Source of the DNA: Nitrosopumilus sp.
GTDB taxonomy: Archaea > Thermoproteota > Nitrososphaeria > Nitrososphaerales > Nitrosopumilaceae
Assembly: GCA_965205215.1 (NCBI GenBank)
Contig: OZ242041.1
Span: 160,001 to 224,000, forward strand
Length of the DNA: 64,000 nt
Reading direction: 5' to 3'
Below the pieces are notes generated by a model. That model was not told the origin of the DNA and ran no database searches. It was given only the letters and a program-made list of their open reading frames with translations. Each line of letters starts with the position of its first letter. Position 1 is the stretch's first letter. Below are positions 41,210-50,424 of this stretch, piece after piece. Made by a program: the position numbers and the translations under genes.

Positions 41210-41284
41210 GGGCCCATAGCTCAGCATGGATAGAGTGTTGGACTTCTAATCCAATGGTCAAGGGATCGAAGCCCTTTGGGCCCG
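41210..41284 (+). tRNA. tRNA-Arg (anticodon TCT), no intron
   Basis: Acceptor GGGCCCA/TGGGCCC, anticodon arm TTGGA-CTTCTAA-TCCAA, T-arm AAGGG-ATCGAAG-CCCTT; TTAAAA box upstream. Confidence 0.95.
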
Positions 41285-41491
41285 CTACTACCTTCGCGAG
41301 TCAGCCTCTTCTTGCTGCTCTCGTTCATGGACGATCCGTCGATCAATAAGCTTTTCTGCGATTGTTCATCATGAGTCAAAATTTTCAACGGGTACCACCT
41401 AGGCATGAAATTATTAAGTTAGATGTAGTTTTTCTTAATAGTTAATAATATTTACCAAAATCTTAATATATGGAGATACCTTGGCAGAGGT

Positions 41492-41686
41492 ATGAAAGAA
41501 TACGAAGCATATGACGTTAAGGCAAGAAAAAAAGTCAAAATTCTTGAACCAAAATTAGCCCAGCTCAAAAACAAACGTTGGGCGCTAAAAGGTAAGAGTT
41601 CTGCAACGGGTGGGACAGTATTTCGCATACTGGGGAAAGATGAAGCAGAAGAGCTGAAAAAACAACTAGAGAGTACTGAAACATGA
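41492..41686 (+). CDS. Small basic protein, CC1/DUF5679-like putative chromatin protein
   Basis: AYDVKARKK...KNKRWALKGKS..TG.TVFRILGK; TTAATATA box upstream. Confidence 0.6.
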   Translation: MKEYEAYDVKARKKVKILEPKLAQLKNKRWALKGKSSATGGTVFRILGKDEAEELKKQLESTET

Positions 41687-41886
41687 AAGATAAGTCACAT
41701 GTCCTAATGGTTAATTTATTGCGGATCTAAAATGACTATGCAAAATTCCACAAAAAAGAAAGACGTTCATCTTGATTCAAGAGGGACCGTCAGGTTCGTA
41801 TACGGTTACGAATACATCGTAGCACACCAGCATGACAGTTTCTACGGAACTCAATAAATAAATATGGAGAGGTTGGTGCTAACAAT

Positions 41887-42141
41887 ATGACGAAAATGCT
41901 TCAAGTAAATCTTGAAACCGAAGGTATTGACAAGGATGAGGCACAGGAATGGGTACATGAAATTGCCAATGTCTACGCCGATATGGAAATATCTGACGTA
42001 AACATATCCGGAAATACAGTTTCTTTCCAAGCTGGTCTTTCCGGGATGGACGACACAACTTCTGAAGACATAAAACAAAAGATCGACGAATATAGTACCA
42101 TGACTGAAACGCTTCAGATTAAAAACATCTCATGCAGCTAA
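41887..42141 (+). CDS. Small acidic conserved hypothetical protein
   Basis: EAQEWVHEIANVYADMEISD; T-rich terminator after the stop. Confidence 0.75.
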   Translation: MTKMLQVNLETEGIDKDEAQEWVHEIANVYADMEISDVNISGNTVSFQAGLSGMDDTTSEDIKQKIDEYSTMTETLQIKNISCS

Positions 42142-43000
42142 ACCAACTTTTTATCTTTTTATGACATAATACGATAGGGATATTTTTTAGTGCGCAGAAA
42201 CAATTTTGTGTCCAGAATCTGCTCGGAATGCAGTTTAGGTGATCTTAGTCAAAAAATCTATAAACAAACTTCATGAGTGTGGCACAGGATTGCAAGGTTA
42301 AAGGCCGGAGGAAAAAATGGTGGCAATATTCCTGTGTCAATGACGGCAAGGAAGAAAGGGATTGGCGATCTGACACGCCCGCCGCTGCCGATTCGATCGT
42401 GCTGAAGGATGCGTGGGACTCTGAACTGTTCCTTGCAGGCGTGAGAAGGGGGCTGGCGGCGGGTACAATGTTGCGCGCAATGACCGGGTACAGCGCGGAG
42501 AGTCTAGGAGGCCGTACGGGGCCTTTGCTGCCAGGCGGGAGGCCGTGGAGGCCAAGGAAATCGAACGGTGGAAGGAGTCGCTGACGCACTGCCTGCGGGC
42601 CGCTGCCGCCGGCGGCAGCCATCCAGAACACATCACGGAAAAAGCCGGCGCCTTGTCCGGGTTTTCCCGTGGCTGCAGTTACCACAACTGTCGGCATTCT
42701 CAAGATGGCTCTGTCATTTTCCGGACAAACCAGACGACGGGATTGGCTCACGGCTTCTACTGCGCGTGCCTGGATGTAACTAATTCCAAAAAACTCCGAA
42801 AATGGCCCCGGCAGCAGGCCATGGTGATCAGGTAGGCGCCACAGGACTCCTCGGCCGCGCGGCCCTAGTCGTTGTCCCGGCCTACCCGGCGCGCGATCTT
42901 GCCGCCTGAGCCGCGGGAAGAACTGAATGCAAGGCGCGCATACCCCAGAACGAACCCAGCATGATTTATGTTATATATTCAGCATGCAGCCTGACGATAG

Positions 43001-44521
43001 ATGAATTTCGCATATAGGTGGGGGCAGCTCACAGCGGGTTGGGCGGTCACTGCCGCGTCCATTGTAATTGTTGCGATGGCAGCGGGTGGCGGGCCCCTCC
43101 ACATGCAGGAGGCTTACGCGATCCCGCCGTCCGAGCCGTTCCAGCATATAGACAGGGTAGTAAAGATACACAACGGCACACTTGACGCTCTGTCGTTTGG
43201 CCCCAACGACGCGTTCGGGGCCAGCGTCGACGTAATCGGGGACATAGACGGGGACGGCACGCCCGATATCATGGTCGGCGCAAACGGGGACGATTCATAC
43301 GCCGAAGACGCCGGGGCCGCATACATGCTATTCATGAACAGAGACGGCACGCCCCGACACGTGGAAAAGATAACCGGTGCAACGCCCAACGGGCCTTCCC
43401 TCTCGGCCGGCGACTACTTTGGGGTGTCGGTGGCAGGAATAGGCGACCTTGACGAGGACGGCGTACCTGACGTCGTGATCGGCGCCGACGGCGACGACGT
43501 GGCAATAACCAACGGCGGGGCACTGCACGTGCTCTTCCTCAACGAAGACGGTACGGTAAAGCGCACGGCCGAGATCAACGGTAACACCGCCAACGGGCCC
43601 TCCACGGACCTGCACGATTACTTTGGATTCAGGGTGACCGACGCCGGCGACATAGACGGGGACGGCATAACGGACATCGCAGTAGGCAAGTTCAAGGCGC
43701 ACGGCTCCTACCTCTTCCTGAACCTTCCGTTCGAGGCACTTGATAATATCGACGAAGTGACAGAGGCCAATCCGAACGAGATGTTCTACGGTTCGATGGA
43801 TGTAATCCTGATGAACCGTGACGGCACGCCCAAGGATACCATAAGGATAGACCATAAGAGTCCGAACGTCCCGTATCTTGCCCCAGGCGCCGTCTTTGGA
43901 AGCTCGGTTGCCGACATTGGCGACTTTGACGGGGACGGCACGCCCGACCTACTGGTAGGCTCCGAAGCCACCGACTACATGCGGGTGGTGTCGTGCCTCA
44001 ATTCAAGGTCGTACGCCACCACCATCACTAACGCAGGCTCCGTACACATACTCCTGATGAATCCGGACGGGACCGTCAGGGGAGCCCACACAATAGACGG
44101 GAGAACATCCAACGGCCCGAGCCTCAATACATGGGACTTTTTCGGCATAGCGGCATCCGAATTCGGCGACATAGACAGGGACGGCGTCACGGATTTGGTG
44201 GGTGGCTCCAACCTCGGCGATGGAGGCGGCAAGGACAGGGGACACGCCCACGTCATGTTCATGAACGCGGACGGAACCGTCAAGGGGACGCAAGTCGTCA
44301 ACGACTTGGCGCCAAACGGGCCCGTCCTTACAGACTATGACTATTTTGGTTTCGCGATATCATCAAGCTCTGACTTTGACGACGACGGCCGGCCCGACAT
44401 CGTGATGGGCGCATACCTTGACAACTCCGCCCAAGGTGACGGGGGAAGGGCCACGACAGACGCGCTAGTCCCAGAGGAACAACCCAGCCTCGGGGCCATA
44501 TACGTCATATTCACAAGGTGA
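43001..44521 (+). CDS. Secreted FG-GAP repeat (integrin-alpha-like beta-propeller) protein
   Basis: Signal peptide (EAYA|); six FG...DxDxDGxxD..vGa...G.. blades. Confidence 0.9.
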   Translation: MNFAYRWGQLTAGWAVTAASIVIVAMAAGGGPLHMQEAYAIPPSEPFQHIDRVVKIHNGTLDALSFGPNDAFGASVDVIGDIDGDGTPDIMVGANGDDSYAEDAGAAYMLFMNRDGTPRHVEKITGATPNGPSLSAGDYFGVSVAGIGDLDEDGVPDVVIGADGDDVAITNGGALHVLFLNEDGTVKRTAEINGNTANGPSTDLHDYFGFRVTDAGDIDGDGITDIAVGKFKAHGSYLFLNLPFEALDNIDEVTEANPNEMFYGSMDVILMNRDGTPKDTIRIDHKSPNVPYLAPGAVFGSSVADIGDFDGDGTPDLLVGSEATDYMRVVSCLNSRSYATTITNAGSVHILLMNPDGTVRGAHTIDGRTSNGPSLNTWDFFGIAASEFGDIDRDGVTDLVGGSNLGDGGGKDRGHAHVMFMNADGTVKGTQVVNDLAPNGPVLTDYDYFGFAISSSSDFDDDGRPDIVMGAYLDNSAQGDGGRATTDALVPEEQPSLGAIYVIFTR

Positions 44522-44603
44522 CCGCAGCAGACGGCAACGTGTTAACGTGGAGCATGCGTCCACGTGTCTCCCGCCACGCCAGCCGCCGGATACGAAGCGG
44601 GCG

Positions 44604-46019
44604 TCACCCGAGGTACCGCTCGAGCCTGATCCGGTCAATGCCCGGAATTTTAGCAATCTCGAACCCCTCGGGGCGCTTTGAGCGTGGTATGGTGGCGTCC
44701 ACCCCCATCTTGGCCGTCCTCAGGTTCTTCTGGTCGCTTGACGGATCCAGGCTCGAGCCCCTCACGTCTCGGATTATGACGAGGTCCTTGTCGGCCTGGA
44801 ACCTGGTCGCCATCGCATACTCTACCGACTCGGCGCTCTCCGGGTCGATGTCCTCGTCAACCACGGTGACCTGCTTGAGCGAGCGGTGGGACGCAAACGC
44901 CTTCTTTATTATGCGTCGGGGATCGTCTGAGCGCCTCTTTGATATCTGGACCACGGCATGCAACCAGTTGCAGCCCCCGCCGGTCATCGAGACGCGCCTG
45001 ACCTGCGGAAACGCCGCTCCGAGCTCGCCGTTAAGCTTGGACTCGATGGGCATGCCCATCAGGAGGCGGTGCTCTGCATACCCGGAGAGTATGTCGTGGA
45101 ATATGGGGTCGTTCCGGTAGTGCAGCCGCTCCAGCTCAAACACGGGCTGACGCCTCTTGTGGTCGTAGGTCTGCAGCATCTCGACCATCCACTCCCTGTG
45201 CGTCACGTCGTGCAGTATGCGGCCCTCCAGTACGATCTCGGAGGCAGACGGCACGTACATGCCGGACCATCCCAGCTTGGCAAGCTCCAGCTTTCCGCCC
45301 AGAATGGAGTTTGCGATGTGCATCTCGTCCCGGCCCCACTCCGCCTGGTATGCGGCCGCGATCGATATGGCCGGGTGCACGCCTATCGTAATGGCCACCC
45401 TGAGGTCCTGCCCCAGCTCCTTGGCGGCCTCAAAGCACCGGTGCAGGTGCCGTCCCTCCACCATGCGGACGGAGCACCTCGTGGTCTTGTTGCCGCCACC
45501 CCCGCGGCCGCCGCTGCCTCCCCCCGCAACTGGCATGAGCCTGTGGAACGAAGAGTTCTGCGCCCCGGTCTCCGGGTTCTCTGCATATATCACGGAGGAC
45601 GTTACGAACGGCCCCGGCTCCTTCTCAAAGTGCGTCACTATGGGCAGCACGGACAGGTCGCGTGCATGGTTCTCCTCGTACAGCCCCGCGCGCCCGGATA
45701 TCCTGGGCCTCCTCGCCTTTGATATCGCCGATACGACCTTGTCATGTATGACATGCTCCGTCCTGGCCCCCACGGCCGTGGCAAACCTCGTGCGCGTTCC
45801 CACCAAATTCGAGACGAGCCGGAAGCCGGCGGCGGCGCTGCTGCTGCTGCCCCTAACGTTCTCAAACAATATGGCGGGGCCCCCGTCCGCCCGCGCCGTC
45901 ACGCCTGCGATCTCGAATTTTGCGGATACCGGCTTTGCGACGCGCTTCAGCTGGCCCGTCCTCTCGATTGCCGAGAGGTATCCGCGCAGGTCAGGCAGAA
46001 CCATCCTTCTCCCCCCCAA
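44604..46019 (-). CDS. UbiD-family prFMN decarboxylase
   Basis: DLRGYL, AILFEN, LPIVTH, SFHR, EIVLEG, VVDEDID, GSSLDPS, KMGVDAT. Confidence 0.94.
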   Translation of the reverse strand: MGGRRMVLPDLRGYLSAIERTGQLKRVAKPVSAKFEIAGVTARADGGPAILFENVRGSSSSAAAGFRLVSNLVGTRTRFATAVGARTEHVIHDKVVSAISKARRPRISGRAGLYEENHARDLSVLPIVTHFEKEPGPFVTSSVIYAENPETGAQNSSFHRLMPVAGGGSGGRGGGGNKTTRCSVRMVEGRHLHRCFEAAKELGQDLRVAITIGVHPAISIAAAYQAEWGRDEMHIANSILGGKLELAKLGWSGMYVPSASEIVLEGRILHDVTHREWMVEMLQTYDHKRRQPVFELERLHYRNDPIFHDILSGYAEHRLLMGMPIESKLNGELGAAFPQVRRVSMTGGGCNWLHAVVQISKRRSDDPRRIIKKAFASHRSLKQVTVVDEDIDPESAESVEYAMATRFQADKDLVIIRDVRGSSLDPSSDQKNLRTAKMGVDATIPRSKRPEGFEIAKIPGIDRIRLERYLG

Positions 46020-46428
46020 GTGTAATCATCCCCACCAGGACCTCTAGCAGCTCCTTTGACGCCGGCGCGCCGATCTCGCCGTCGGCGTACACGGAGACGG
46101 CCGCGATTCCGCGCGTCCGCGAGCTGATCTGCTCGGCCGCCATCCTCATGAGGAACGCGCACGTGGGATCGCGCGGCGGGATTATCGTAGTCGTAACCGG
46201 GGCGGCCCCCGCCCGCGATACGAGCGACACTGCAAGCGAGCCGAGCCGGCGGCTGTTCTCGGATATCGCCGCAAACACCCCGTTCTCAAACCTGTGCACC
46301 TGCACGACAAAGGGGCGGCCCTGCGGACTTACCATACTCTCGGACATGACGTCCCTGCCCCCGGACACGCCCGGCGCGGGGCCTGCCGTCCCTTCCTCTG
46401 CATCCGTTGTTGCGGGCATTACCTTCAC
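45991..46428 (-). CDS. Hypothetical protein, possibly proteasome assembly chaperone 4-like
   Basis: FENGVFAAISE..RLGSLAVSL pattern recalled from thaumarchaeal proteins. Confidence 0.55.
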   Translation of the reverse strand: MKVMPATTDAEEGTAGPAPGVSGGRDVMSESMVSPQGRPFVVQVHRFENGVFAAISENSRRLGSLAVSLVSRAGAAPVTTTIIPPRDPTCAFLMRMAAEQISSRTRGIAAVSVYADGEIGAPASKELLEVLVGMITLGGEKDGSA

Positions 46429-46464
46429 CGTGGGGTGGGCGGCGCCGTCAATATCAATGCGCCC

Positions 46465-46917
46465 CTACGTGCTGCCGGACGCGGCGGGGTTATTCTTGCA
46501 GTTCTTCGCGTGGCGCTTGGGATATACGAACAGTCTGTCGCAGTACAGGCATGGCTTCTTCTCCCCCTTTGTCGCCCTGCCCTCGGCGGCGCCGGACTTG
46601 GAGGCGGCGGCCTTTTTGGCCCCGGCGGGTTTTAACGCCTTGGCGGCCTTGGACTTGGCTTTTTTTGCCTTGGAGGCGGCGGCGGCCAAGCTTGCCCGCG
46701 CCTCGGCTGCGCTCGCCTCCACCCTGGCGCGCAGCTTGGCCTTGTACTTGAGGTTGCGTGGCTTTGTGCGGAGCCTGTATCCGCAGCACGGGCACCACAG
46801 CCCTTCCCATTTTATGAATATCTCGCATATCTGACACCGACGCTGTCCCGAGGCGTACCTGCCCGTCCCGACCGGCTTCTGGGCCTTGTATCGAGTACAG
46901 ATTCCCTTGCACGTCAT
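46465..46917 (-). CDS. Cys-rich Zn-ribbon protein with Lys/Ala-rich linker and C-terminal C2HC finger
   Basis: CKGIC, CQIC, CPCC; KAKKAKSKAAKA; CLYC...HAKNC; TTAAATA box upstream. Confidence 0.85.
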   Translation of the reverse strand: MTCKGICTRYKAQKPVGTGRYASGQRRCQICEIFIKWEGLWCPCCGYRLRTKPRNLKYKAKLRARVEASAAEARASLAAAASKAKKAKSKAAKALKPAGAKKAAASKSGAAEGRATKGEKKPCLYCDRLFVYPKRHAKNCKNNPAASGST

Positions 46918-47091
46918 GTGTGATTGATAAACACGAAAGGTATTTAAGCCTAAAGCCAGAAAATTTTCAAAAAAACAGTCCAAAAGTATAAAACTTGCCA
47001 ATATGATATGAAAATTTGGAAGATACAGTAAAAACGGCGGGAATTCTTAAGAAAATATACAGTTATCGCGGCCGCAGGCGGCGTCGCGCCG

Positions 47092-47785
47092 TCAGCCGGT
47101 CATCGAGAGCGGCATGACGTCACGGTGCCTCCTCCTGCCGTCGCGGCGGGATATGTAGCGCGCAGACAGGATGTCGCGCCTGCCGCGGCGGTTAAAGTTC
47201 TTGAGCTTTGGGCTCGTCCGGCTCTCGTCGACGAGCTCAAACTCAAAGGAAGAGCAGAAGCGCAGGTTCAGCGTGCGGGCAATCTCGCAGGCCGTCTCGA
47301 CGTCGCCGTCCCCTATCTTGACGAGCCTGCGCCTTGCAGGCAGGCCCCCGAGCACGCGTATGACCATGGAGACCAGGCCGTCCACGGAGGAGTGTATCGA
47401 CGACCCTATCTCCCGCCCGCAGTACGATATTGCAAGCCCGCTGCGCTGCCCCGGGTCTATCCCCACTACGAGCTCCTCGGGCCCCGGATGCAGGCCGGAC
47501 TCCCGTACCATCAGGCCGCACACCACGGCGGGCGGGTGCCCCGAGACGTCCTCAAAGAACAGGGCGGGGCCCGGAAACGCGCGGGGCCCCGGGTGCTCCG
47601 GTATCGTGGTCATTACGAGGTGTCCCCCGTACGCGCCCATGCGCTCCGGCAGTATCGAGTCGAACCGGACGCCAAGCTCCCTGAGCAGCGACGAAAAGTA
47701 ATAGTAGGGCCTGCCGCGGGCAGTCGCCACCGCCACGCGCAGGCCGCTCGGAAACGGCGTATCCTGCAGCGGGTGGAGCGTCATT
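47092..47785 (-). CDS. Hypothetical protein with RNase H-like (YqgF/RuvC-like) domain; start uncertain
   Basis: VVGIDPG..SGLA, KIGDG, LVDESRTS, DILSA. Confidence 0.75.
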
Positions 47786-47931
47786 GCACGCCACCGCGTC
47801 CTGAGCAGTAGCAGTAGTGGCAGCAGCAGCAACGGCGGCGGCAGCAGCAGGCGGCGCGTGCCGGCGGCCCTGCGGTATAGAAATATGCGACGGTACTGGT
47901 TGTTGTGACGTGTATGATCATAACGCACCGG

Positions 47932-48282
47932 TCATGGCTTCAAAATGGTCGATACCACGTCCTTCACCGCGCCCTCAAAGTTGCCGTCGACAGCGGATTT
48001 GATCTCGGCAAGCCTGGCCTCGCCGCGCTCCGTTATGCTTTTTGACTCGGCCTCCGCTGCCGCCTTTGACTCGTTGATGATAACCTCGGCCTCCTTTGAG
48101 GCCATCTCCCGCGTCTTTTCCATCATGGAATCGATCTGGGACTGGGCCCTTGCCGCGAGCTGCTTTTTCATGTCACCCACCTTGCCGCCCAGGGAGTCGA
48201 GGTCGTCCTCGAGCGCGCTGAGGGACTTTATGATGCCAGAAACGTTGGACTCGGCCGCCACACCTGCAGAACCCTTGCTCAT
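47932..48282 (-). CDS. Coiled-coil protein, A/V-ATPase subunit H-like
   Basis: All-helical, E/K/A-rich composition. Confidence 0.6.
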   Translation of the reverse strand: MSKGSAGVAAESNVSGIIKSLSALEDDLDSLGGKVGDMKKQLAARAQSQIDSMMEKTREMASKEAEVIINESKAAAEAESKSITERGEARLAEIKSAVDGNFEGAVKDVVSTILKP

Positions 48283-48337
48283 ACGCTTGGGCTCACGCAG
48301 GCTATTACTTAAATCTTAATTCGGGGCCGGCGCCGAG

Positions 48338-48685
48338 CTACTGGTCGCCGAGCGCCAGTATGGCCCGCGCCAGGTCGCCGTCGGCCTCGGCCAGCGCGGC
48401 GGCCGCCCTCTCCCTGTCGACGCCGGTCTCCTCGCACACCATGTCGATGTCCTCGTCCGGGAACACCGGGATCTCCAGCTCGCGCTCCGAGTAGCCGCCG
48501 TCGGCGGCGGTCACGGTGAATATGGTGGCGTCCTTGCTCTTCATCTCCGAGACGGACGGATTCTCGACGATGATCTCCTTCTTGTCGGTCTTGATCACCA
48601 CCTCTCGGACGTTCTTTATCTCCTCCACGTCGAGTCCCATCTTGTCCATCATGCGCCGCATGCCGCGGTTTCCGCCACGCATCAT
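48338..48685 (-). CDS. nac: Nascent polypeptide-associated complex protein
   Basis: MRRMMDKMGL, EVVIK, C-terminal UBA-like DGDLARAIL. Confidence 0.95.
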   Translation of the reverse strand: MMRGGNRGMRRMMDKMGLDVEEIKNVREVVIKTDKKEIIVENPSVSEMKSKDATIFTVTAADGGYSERELEIPVFPDEDIDMVCEETGVDRERAAAALAEADGDLARAILALGDQ

Positions 48686-48692
48686 GGCACGG

Positions 48693-49163
48693 TTACCCGC
48701 CGCGACCTTTTAAACCATCCCTGACCTTGACTGCGACCCCCCTGCTCATATCCGACATTATCTCGCACGACAGCAGCGCCCTGCCCACCGCGATCACCCT
48801 GCCGCCGCACGTGACGGGCACGTCGGAGGCGGCCCTGACGTTCCGGCCGCAGCGCACCACGTGCCTGCAGAAGACCGACCGGCCCTCCTCCACGAACGGG
48901 GCGGCATCAGGCGAGACCTCTACGCAGTACGACGCGAATGCGGCAGGGCGCCGGGCAAGCATAATCTCTGCCAGGCGCGTCGTGATCGCCAGCCCGCCGT
49001 CGGGCCTCAGGGTACAGAGCAGGTTCTGGCTGCCGTCGCGTATGCCCCTTATGCGCCCGGTCCGCCTCGAGCGCTCTATGACGGCGCCAGCCGGGACCGA
49101 CCTGTGCGCCCCGCGCCCGAACTGCGCGTCGATGGTATGGCGCACCTTTGAGGCCTCCTGCAT
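48693..49163 (-). CDS. PUA-domain protein (TGT C2/C3-like)
   Basis: QFG, SRRTGRIR, TLRPDG, GRSVFCRHV, GVAVKVR. Confidence 0.85.
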   Translation of the reverse strand: MQEASKVRHTIDAQFGRGAHRSVPAGAVIERSRRTGRIRGIRDGSQNLLCTLRPDGGLAITTRLAEIMLARRPAAFASYCVEVSPDAAPFVEEGRSVFCRHVVRCGRNVRAASDVPVTCGGRVIAVGRALLSCEIMSDMSRGVAVKVRDGLKGRGG

Positions 49164-49271
49164 GCGGCCACGCGCCACGCCGCCACTATTAGACGTACGC
49201 GCGGCCGCGCACGCGATGCAGGCCATATGGGGCGGCATGTCTATATAGAATGGCCGGCCCGTATCATATAC

Positions 49272-50342
49272 ATGAGCGAGAATGAGGAGATGCGCAAGAT
49301 TCAATTTACCGGCAAGTCGTCGTATATAGTCACCCTGCCAAAGGACTGGATAACCGACCTGGGCCTCAAGAGGGGCGACCAGGTGAGGATAGTCCGCAAG
49401 GGGGCGACGGCCCTCGAGGTGCACCCCCCAAAGTACGAGCCGAGGACGCCGAAGAAGGAGGACGCCATACTGGAGATAGACGGCAGGGACGAGCCCTCAA
49501 GTATCGTGCGCAAGCTCATCTCGCTCTACTTTCTGGGGTTCAGGTCCATCACGGTAAAGCCGAGGGGGGACAGGCTCAGCCCGGGCCAGAGGAGCACCGT
49601 AAAGGAGTCCGTCAAGAGGATGCTCATGGGATCGGAGATAACCTCCGACTCGAGCAGCGGCATCACGGTTCAGGTGCTGGTGAACCTCCTCGAGCTGTCA
49701 GTCGACGGGGCGTTCAAGCGCATGATACACCTGGCAAAGTCCATGTGCAGCGACGCCATACTGGCCGTGCGCGAGAACAACGCGGAGCTCGCAAAGGAGG
49801 TGATCAGCACGGACGACGAGGTCGACAGGTTCGGCTTTTACATAATACGCCAGCTGAAGATAGCGATACAGAACGAGCACATACTGCAGGAGATCGGGTT
49901 TCGGAACGCCAGGAACTGCCTCGGGTACAGGCTGGTGGTGAAGAACATCGAGAGGACGGGGGACCACGCCACGCTCGTGGCAAAGGACGTCCTGGAGTTC
50001 CAGAAGAGCATAGGGCCGGAGTACCTGGACAGGCTGGAGAGGATGAGCCAGTTCTGCCTCTCGGTGCTTGATGACGCGTGCCTGGCCCTCTTCAAGGAGG
50101 ACCACGTCCAGGCGGAGGGTACCATAAATAGATGCGGCGAGATCTCGACGTACGAGAAGGACCTGCTTGACTCCGTAAGGGACCACAAGGACGACGAGGA
50201 GGTGTACCGCATAAGGAGGATGGCAGAGAACATCAGGAGGATAGCAGAGTACGCGAGCGACATATCGGAGATCGTACTGAACATGAACATAGAAAAGGCG
50301 CTCAAAAAGGGGAACGGGGACGCCGCCGCGCCAACGGCGTGA
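49272..50342 (+). CDS. phoU: AbrB-PhoU phosphate uptake regulator
   Basis: RKIQFTGKSSYIVTLPKDW, DDEVDRF, IERTGDH. Confidence 0.93.
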   Translation: MSENEEMRKIQFTGKSSYIVTLPKDWITDLGLKRGDQVRIVRKGATALEVHPPKYEPRTPKKEDAILEIDGRDEPSSIVRKLISLYFLGFRSITVKPRGDRLSPGQRSTVKESVKRMLMGSEITSDSSSGITVQVLVNLLELSVDGAFKRMIHLAKSMCSDAILAVRENNAELAKEVISTDDEVDRFGFYIIRQLKIAIQNEHILQEIGFRNARNCLGYRLVVKNIERTGDHATLVAKDVLEFQKSIGPEYLDRLERMSQFCLSVLDDACLALFKEDHVQAEGTINRCGEISTYEKDLLDSVRDHKDDEEVYRIRRMAENIRRIAEYASDISEIVLNMNIEKALKKGNGDAAAPTA

Positions 50343-50424
50343 CGGGCGCGCCCGGTGATAGAGATATTATGACTGCCAAGCCGCGGCGGTGTGCTACAAT
50401 GACAGGCAAGGAGATGGCGAGGGG

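Noticed and set aside
41221-41406. 61-aa minus-strand ORF
   Set aside because: Overlaps the tRNA-Arg gene in antisense; no motif support
42245-42960. ORFs of 70-170 aa upstream of the FG-GAP gene
   Set aside because: Overlapping, motif-less and compositionally unlike real genes here; at most a decayed pseudogene
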